Part shown: piece after piece, positions 56,692 to 64,000 of the stretch | Layout: every line of letters begins with the position of its first letter | Position numbering within the stretch: the first letter of the stretch is position 1 | Assembly: GCA_951406725.2 (NCBI GenBank) | Contig: OX597818.1 | Span: 99,634,001-99,698,000, forward strand | Length of the DNA: 64,000 nucleotides | Origin: Octopus vulgaris | Lineage: Eukaryota | Direction of reading: 5' to 3' | The notes under the pieces: model-generated | What the model was told of the DNA's origin: nothing | Database searches by the model: none | What the model saw: only the letters and a program-made list of their open reading frames with translations | Position numbers and translations under genes: made by a program

Positions 56692-57363
56692 GGAGTAAGC
56701 ACATTTTCTCATTATCATGTAAATTTCTTAGAGGAAGGTAGAATGATTTCAACCAGAGACAGACTGACTGAATAGCATGAAAGCAGTCAGCAATGAGAGT
56801 CCAGTTAGCAACGAAGAACCGATATAATGTGAATTTTGCCACTTTCTATGTTTCCATGAGATCAATTTCTTCGAGGTGTTACCATCCTTTTAGATCTTTG
56901 GCATTTGGATGCATTAGTTGAGTGCCAAGTTGAAGTGACTTCAAACTACTATGATAGAATGAGTGGCATGAATGATACTTGTTGGGTGCAACTTAATTAA
57001 ACTTTCCTCTCATGCGGCTATGCACAAAGTTTTGATTATAAATGTATTATACTCTGATTTATACCCAAGAAAATGTATTTTCTTTACTACGGTGATAAAT
57101 AAATTGACTATATATCATATATATATATGTTAGTTCACATGCTTACTAATATGCATGACAATAAGGAGTGAATGGAAAAATATTTACTTTAGTTATTACA
57201 CATACATTACATATACATAAAAAAGTGTGTCCTGTAATCAAATGTAAACTGAGTGCGTCCTGTGATTAAATGTTGCTTCCGTTACCTTACTTTTAAAGAT
57301 TTGTATGTTCTTAGTTCATGTGGAATCACAGACATAAAAGAGAAAAAAGACATAAAAAAGAAC

Positions 57364-57632
57364 CCCTTCGATCATGAATGACCATGGGATTGTATCTAGA
57401 AAGTTCCTCTACAAGGCACACAAGTCTAGGCAATATTGTTTATGGAAGACCAGAAGTCGCCCATGCTAACAAACTTTTCTTGTCCACTCCACCGATGTTA
57501 TCCGAGAGAAAGGTAAAGGCCAGTACAGGTCGGCACCAGTGAACTGGTGCAAGGTGAAATAAAGGGTCTTGCTCAAGAACTCACTACCTCATGATTGTGA
57601 GCACCACACTCTAATCACTAGGCAATGCGCCT
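57364..57632 (-). mobile_element. SINE family D, diverged
   Basis: Reverse complement of 17412-17720 blocks (cccttcgatcatgaatgaccatgggattg, gtcttgctcaagaac). Confidence 0.78.
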
Positions 57633-58329
57633 ATTCGCCTTCAGGTACGCTCATAAATGCCTACGAACATAGACACAGCTACACACTCAGACACACATCC
57701 TATACACACAAAGATATAAGGTGTGAAAGAAAAGCGTTGTCAGAAAATACATTTCGCTTTCTTGTATAAAAACACGATTGTCATGAATAGCTACTAGGCG
57801 AGTATCAGCTAAAGCATAGCGTACAGGTTTGGTGCTTATAGAGTCAAATGTTCTTTCGGTTCCGTTGTCTCAAATTAGTATTCAATATTTTGGATACACT
57901 GGTTTTTACCGAACTTTCACCATAACTGAAAAAGCAAGACCCTAACATTTTCGTCAGTTAGTATTACAACACCTGACAGGTAGACAGGTGAAAGTAAATG
58001 AATATAGAAGAAAATGACATAAATGGAATGGAGCTGGATCTGATCTTTCTACCTGGTTACTGATAATATGGATATCCTTCAAAATTATACTTAGCTTATG
58101 TTTATAAAACAGATTATTGAAATAAATTCCGTGTATGTATGTCTGTATGTATGTATGTACTTACGCATGGACGCATGAATAAATGTATGCTGTATGCATG
58201 TAAAAATATGCATATATGTGTGTATTTGAGTATGTATATGTGTTGCAAGACTATGAATTCACGTTCTTGCAATTTGGTCACAGTTCCAGGAAATTGTGTA
58301 TTCACGAATCTTCATTGTTATTTTCCCTC

Positions 58330-58373
58330 CTGATGAAGCTTTACGAATACACGCTTTGTTGAAACACCGTGTC
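58330..58373 (+). ncRNA. Decayed hammerhead-like motif in a microsatellite-flanked insert (about 58243-58480)
   Basis: CTGATGA-agctttacgaatacacgctttgtt-GAAAC-accgt-GTC; both core boxes and short stem III present, stem I not paired. Confidence 0.45.
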
Positions 58374-58510
58374 CATGCTGTATGAATATAATTAAACTTT
58401 ATTATAAAAGACTTCGCTTTTAATATTCACTTCTTTCTTAGTTGTGAATTACTCTGATCACAAGATCGGAACCATGTATATATCTGCCGGGATATATTTG
58501 CCTGCGTGCT

Positions 58511-58590
<80 letters not shown>

Positions 58591-58725
58591 CGTGTGTGTG
58601 TGCGCGCACGTGTGTATTACCGATCACATACACTTAACGTATATCCGTTGTGTATTTGCCGGCAAACTGCAATTTCATATTCGAATATATACATATATTT
58701 GTACGTCCCTATATATATATATATT

Positions 58726-58760
<35 letters not shown>

Positions 58761-59041
58761 CTGTGTGTATATAAATACATATGAATATATGAACATACAC
58801 ATGCACACACAAACTACATATGCATACACTCGAGTATGTACATGTCTGAATATTTGTTTGTGCGTATGCCTGCATGTGTGTGTGTCAGTGTGTGAGTGTA
58901 TGCGCGCACGTGTACTCTTTCATCAGTTAAGCTTTGAATCAGATAAATCTATTATGAAAGTGCTCCATTCATGACAATCCAATCAGATTTTGAGACATAC
59001 TGTATTCAAGACTTCCTATATACAGTGTCTCCTTGTTTTCT

Positions 59042-59345
59042 GTGAAGATGCGTGGCTTGGCTTAGTCGTTAATGAAACAGGCCCACGATCTTACTATCGT
59101 CGTGTCCTGGAGCAAGTCACTCTATTTCACCTTGCTCCAGTTCACTCACCTGGTAAAAAATGAATTGTACTTGTAATTCAAAGGGACCAGCCTTGTCGAA
59201 TTCCGTTTCACACAGAATTTCCCAGAGAACTACGTCATTGATGCGCGTGTCTGTGGAGTGCTTAGCTACTTGCACGCGCTAATTTTAGGAGCAGGCTATT
59301 CCGTTGGGTCCACTGGAACCCTCGTCCACGTATTGACGGAGTGCC
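59042..59345 (+). mobile_element. Diverged chimeric SINE: family D-type CORE-like body with family A type 2 tail
   Basis: gtgtcctggagcaagtcac...ttgctccagttcactca (as 17412) followed by gagaactacgt...gtctgtggagtgcttagc...gacggagtgc (as 19342). Confidence 0.8.
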
Positions 59346-59440
59346 TTGCTTTCTCAAAATGGTATGGGGTGCTGTGAGGAGAACTTGGTTGCTATTTCTA
59401 CTTTGTACGGCTAACATGTAGAAATCATTTCAACGGTGTT

Positions 59441-60012
59441 TCTTTTATATTTTGTCTGTTTTAGCTATTCGGCTGCGGTCAGGCTTGGACATCGTCCTGA
59501 AGGGATTTAGTTGAACAAATCGATCATAGGACTTATCATTTTTAAAGCCTAGTACTTATTCTATCACTCTCTTTTGCCAAACCGCTAAGTCATGGAGGCG
59601 CAAACACACCAACGCCATTTGACAGGCGGTAGGGAGTGGGGAACAAATACAGACGCAGAGATATACACACATAGGTATATACATACATCTACGTTCTGAG
59701 TTCAAATTCCGCCGTTGTCGACTTTGCCTTTCATCCTTTCGGGGTCGATTAAATAAGTACCAGTTACGCACTGGGGTCGATATAATCGACTTAATCCGTT
59801 TGTCCGTCCTTGTTTGTCCTCTCTGTGTTTAGCCTCTTGAGGGTAGTAAAGAAATAGTTATATACATACATATACAACGGGTTGCTTTCACTTTCCGTCT
59901 ACCATATCCACTGACACGGCTTTCGTCCGACTGAGGCTATAGTAGAAGGCACTTGCCCAAGGTACCACTCAGAGGTACTGTAGCCGGAACCATATGGTTG
60001 GGAAGTAAGCTT
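59441..60012 (-). mobile_element. SINE family B, diverged, with a nested SINE C
   Basis: B tail at 59441-59660 and B head at 59875-60012 flank the insert. Confidence 0.82.
59689..59858 (+). mobile_element. 5'-truncated SINE family C (long-tail form) nested in the internal microsatellite of a B copy
   Basis: ctacgttctgagttcaaattccgccgttgtcgactttgcctttcatcctttcggggtcg..., near-identical to 53867. Confidence 0.9.
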
Positions 60013-60954
60013 GATATGTATGTGTATCTTTATTTTATCAATTAACCTTTACAATTGTTATATTCTTTTTCTCTCCACCAAAGTTTAACACAAGTTTAAC
60101 AAATCAATTTTTTATGCTACTTAGTTTAATATGTTTCATGTTTTGCTATATCTTATCTTATTACTGTAACCGTTTATACCTCATCACATTGTACCACGCC
60201 CATACAATGATATTTAACCCCTGACAAACATAGAAAAAAAAATCTATAACATATCGATTTTGGTGTATTTTCATTCAACCCTCTCCATCAAACCTAAAAA
60301 TGCACAAACAGCGCGATACACAGAAACCTAGTAAAATTTCATTACATTTTCTGCTTCTCCCTTTCTTGTACATTCTTACTCACATATATACACGTTTCTT
60401 CTTTTCACACATTCAAACATTAACGCGTACACACACTGGCAGTTCCCACTCCGCCCCCGCTATCCTCTTTCGCTCACGTTAACATGCAACTTCCGCTGCA
60501 GGAATAGGAAAATAGATGAAGCATACAAAGGCATACATGCGTGTTTATATAAACTAAGAAAAAGATACTAATACACTCATACAATATGCAACGCAGTTTC
60601 TCATGTGAACGAATACGAATGCGAATGCACATATATACATACACAACTTCTATCTCTGGCGTTCTCTCTCTTTCGGTCTCTGTCTGTCTGTCTATCTATT
60701 TCGCTCTCTCTTCTCTCACTCTCTCTACATAACTATGCATGCGTGTGAAAGTTTGTGTGTGTACAACTGAAAAGTAAATGATAAAAATAGAAAAGCGTAA
60801 ACGAGAAAGGGAGAGAGAGGGGGGAAGGGGAGAGAAGGGTAGAAATGGAGAGAAAAAGAAGGATCGAGAGATAGATTGAAAGGAGGGAAAGAGGAGGGCG
60901 AGAAGGTGAAAGAGTGGGCTGGAGAGTAGGAGATAAATGGAGATAGAGATAGAC

Positions 60955-61011
<57 letters not shown>

Positions 61012-62107
61012 CTAGGAGAATTGAAACACTGCTAAATTGAACGTAATATGAACTTGAAAATGTCACAGTTTGAAATGAAAAACCGTTGAAACAGAAGTTT
61101 GAAGTGAACAAAATGGCTGTTGTACCGGAAACATTGATTAAAAGAAACGAAATCGAAGAAAATGAGGTAAAATAAAAAAAAACAAAAACAAAAAACAATT
61201 CAATTGCAAAACCAAAGAAAGTAGTAAGAAACATAAAGTGAGAATGAAAAAAAAAGAGAAATTGCAGAGAAACTGTAACAAAACAAAAAACAAAAACAAA
61301 AACTAGAATGGAGTAAAAAAAAAAAGAAAGAAATATGTAAAGAGGCACAAATTATTGAATTTAATTTCAACAGATAAAAATGGTGAAAAAATTAGTTATT
61401 CATTGTAAAATTTACTGGAAAATGTTGAATTTATATAACGTGAAAGTTTTCGAAAGAAGAAGATGATATGTTATTCAATATTTTATTTCCTTTATCCATA
61501 GCAGTACATACATATATACACACATACGTACATACATATATTATATATATACATGTAATCATGTGATTATATGTTTATATCTATGTACAACTATACTTAT
61601 ACATTCAATAAGAAATATCAATTTATTTTTAACTATTAGAATTTCAAGTAGAAAGTTATATAGATTATTCCTTTTTCTTATAATATTGACCAATGTTCTT
61701 AATTCAAAGAATTTGTTTGAACATTTAACATATTTGTATCACAAGTATTGCTGCAAGAAAGTCTGACGTTTAATGCTATTTCATGTTTATTTGTTATTTT
61801 TAAACTATGAATTTGAATATATACGCCATATTCAAAAGAAATTTCCTTTGTTGCACAGAAATATATTGTTTTCTAATATAGGCACGATCTCATAGATTTT
61901 AAGTGGTAGATATGTATCCTCCTTGAATAGTATTATATGTATCCTATACCAAGGAAGATGCATAGCAAAATAAACTTTACTGACTTTGAACTTGGAATAA
62001 GAAACACTTCTATCACAAACCGGAAATATAGCGTTTGATATTTCAACAGGTCTGTAAATTCATTGCCCTTTGCCCAGAAATATATGAAACGTAATATTTA
62101 TATGTCA

Positions 62108-62327
62108 TCTTTTACTTGTTTTTCCTCATTAGGCTGCGGCCATGCTGAGGCACTGCGTTGTATAATTTTAGTCGAACGAATGGATCCTGAATTTTTTTAA
62201 AGACTGGTACTTGTTCTATCGAGTGGTCTAACCGCTAGATACGAGGACATAAAAGTATCGATGCCGGTTGTCAGGCTATGGTTAGGCATAAACAGACACA
62301 GCCGACACGTATATGCACACACATATG

Positions 62328-62370
<43 letters not shown>

Positions 62371-62546
62371 ATACATACACACACGCACGCGTACACACAT
62401 GCACACACACATATATATAGTCTGCGGCTAACAAATCCATTCACAAAGCCTTGCTTAGCCCGAGGCTATTGTAGAAGACATTTGCCCGTTGAGCCAGGGA
62501 AGCATATGGTTGGAAAGTCAACTTCTTACCGCACTGTCACACCTAT
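62108..62546 (-). mobile_element. SINE family B, diverged
   Basis: tcttttacttg...gctgcggccatgctg...cgaggctattgtagaagacatttgccc. Confidence 0.8.
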
Positions 62547-62680
62547 ATAATGACTTCGTAGAATTGGTACAAACTCACAAACTGACTGAGAATAGACATC
62601 CTCAATTTATTCTGTACGTTCCTCCTTTATCAAACAGTGAATTACTGAAAGACAGTCAACGTCAGAGAATTTGAACTAGG

Positions 62681-62943
62681 GCGCTATGTCTTTTCGCTCG
62701 ACATCACTTCACCAAACGTCTTTTCGTCCACGTCTTTTGGTCCGGCGTCTTTTTGACCGATGATTTTTTTTGTCCAACGACAAATCCAATTAATAAAATT
62801 CTCAATGATTATTTGGTTTTGATGTTCACCTTGGACAAGAAGTCGTTGGACAGAAAAATCATCTGACAAAAAGACGTCGGAAGAAAAGACGTGGACGAAG
62901 TGACGTTGGACAAAGTGACATCGGACGAAAAGTCGGGGTAGGC
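62681..62943. mobile_element. Foldback-type MITE with ~100-bp modular TIRs and 9-bp TSD (Mutator-like)
   Basis: TSD tgaactagg at 62672-62680 and 62944-62952; arms built of ~15-bp subrepeats acgtcttttcgtcc / ggacgaaaagacgt around an AT-rich spacer. Confidence 0.85.
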
Positions 62944-63267
62944 TGAACTAGGAATGCTAAGTGCAAAACTAAAGGCCTTTCTTTCGGAGTCAATTCTTTT
63001 TGCTAGTCTGCTATTCAGACGGAAAGGTGCTAAGAGGTATGCCTCCGTCACACTGACCATAGCTGATTCTTTTTAAGAGGCTTTTTTGTAGTATACTAAA
63101 TCAGAGATGCTTAAGCGTCTCTCACAGAACCGTCTTCAATTCTTTTTCGACAAAGAACATTGCGAGTTGTTTCCTATGACTTTCTCACAGATGAAGCCAT
63201 TTCTGAGAGTGTGAGATAAGAAGAAAAGAAGAAAACATGCGCGCGCGCGTGTGTGTATGTATGTGTA

Positions 63268-63308
<41 letters not shown>

Positions 63309-63384
63309 AAGAGAGAGAGAGAGTAAACGATAAAGAGACGAAAAAAGAGAGAAAATGGAAAACTTATAGAATCGAAACCAGCAT

Positions 63385-63503
63385 ATGGAAGGATGAAAGG
63401 CAAAGTTCACCTCACTGGGAGTTGAACCTAGAATGCAGAGGACCTGATCGATTAACGCCAATTGTTTGACCGATGTTTGAACGATTCTGTCTATCGACCG
63501 CCT
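63385..63503 (-). mobile_element. SINE family C fragment, diverged
   Basis: gaaggatgaaaggcaaagttcacctc...acgattctgtctatcgaccgcctt. Confidence 0.65.
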
Positions 63504-64000
63504 TTGTAAGAGTAATTCGGGATGAGAACTAAGAAGATGCAAAGTTCAGGTCTCAGAAGAGTATGTAAGTGCGTAAGAATAATGAAATGTTTATAAGCAG
63601 CAACACAAAGAGATTCGACTCGTCAAGAGCTTACTTCAAATCTGCGGTGTTTGCCAACTGAAAATGAAGCGTTTATAATCAATCAATTTCTCGTTTTCCA
63701 TAAACTCCTAATTCACTTTATATTGGACATACTCAATTCATATTAACAATTTTTACTATAACAATATGCGAAATTCGTAGAAATAATGTCTGCACAAATG
63801 TTGAAGTTAACCAAATCGATGAAGGTCCAGTAGCCAATAGGACAAACATCTGAAAAACGTACACCCGCCATTTACTGTTATATTCATTGTTTTCCTGTTA
63901 AACACGTAGAGCTCATATCGGTCTAAATATCACTGAATCCTCACCGTATCAGTAACCATATTGTCAACAGGAAAGTGTTTCGTCAAATTTCAGTGCTAAA

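Noticed and set aside
60180-60335. Possible third Helitron ending in CTAG-T near 60331
   Set aside because: No clear subterminal hairpin or TC 5' end.
62681-62943. CRISPR-like or bacterial repeat array
   Set aside because: Subrepeats are contiguous without spacers, arranged as inverted arms with a TSD; eukaryotic context and no cas genes.

Overview
AT-rich, microsatellite-saturated, non-coding animal DNA with no recognisable host exon, rRNA, true tRNA gene or CRISPR array; it is probably intron or intergenic sequence. The SINE repertoire and repeat landscape look like an octopus or other coleoid cephalopod genome (recognition from memory, not a database result). Nearly all ORFs in the track are translations of simple repeats. 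Real content: (i) more than 30 copies of tRNA-derived SINEs in four modular families, called A-D here; (ii) an internally deleted mariner with TIRs and TA TSD; (iii) a Merlin-like MITE (GG ends, 8-bp TSD) and a Mutator/foldback-like MITE (modular TIRs, 9-bp TSD); (iv) one complete non-autonomous Helitron and one Helitron 3' end; (v) a decayed R4/Dong-type restriction-like-endonuclease LINE beside an (AAT)n tract, and a decayed CR1/L2-group-like LINE 3' end whose tail matches SINE family B. The most interesting signal is a dispersed set of short, mutually unrelated, mostly microsatellite-associated inserts carrying minimal, variant or decayed hammerhead-ribozyme motifs (Penelope-like termini), together with fold-back inverted repeats including a perfect 83-bp hairpin. 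All coordinates were read by eye; boundaries of decayed repeats are approximate.
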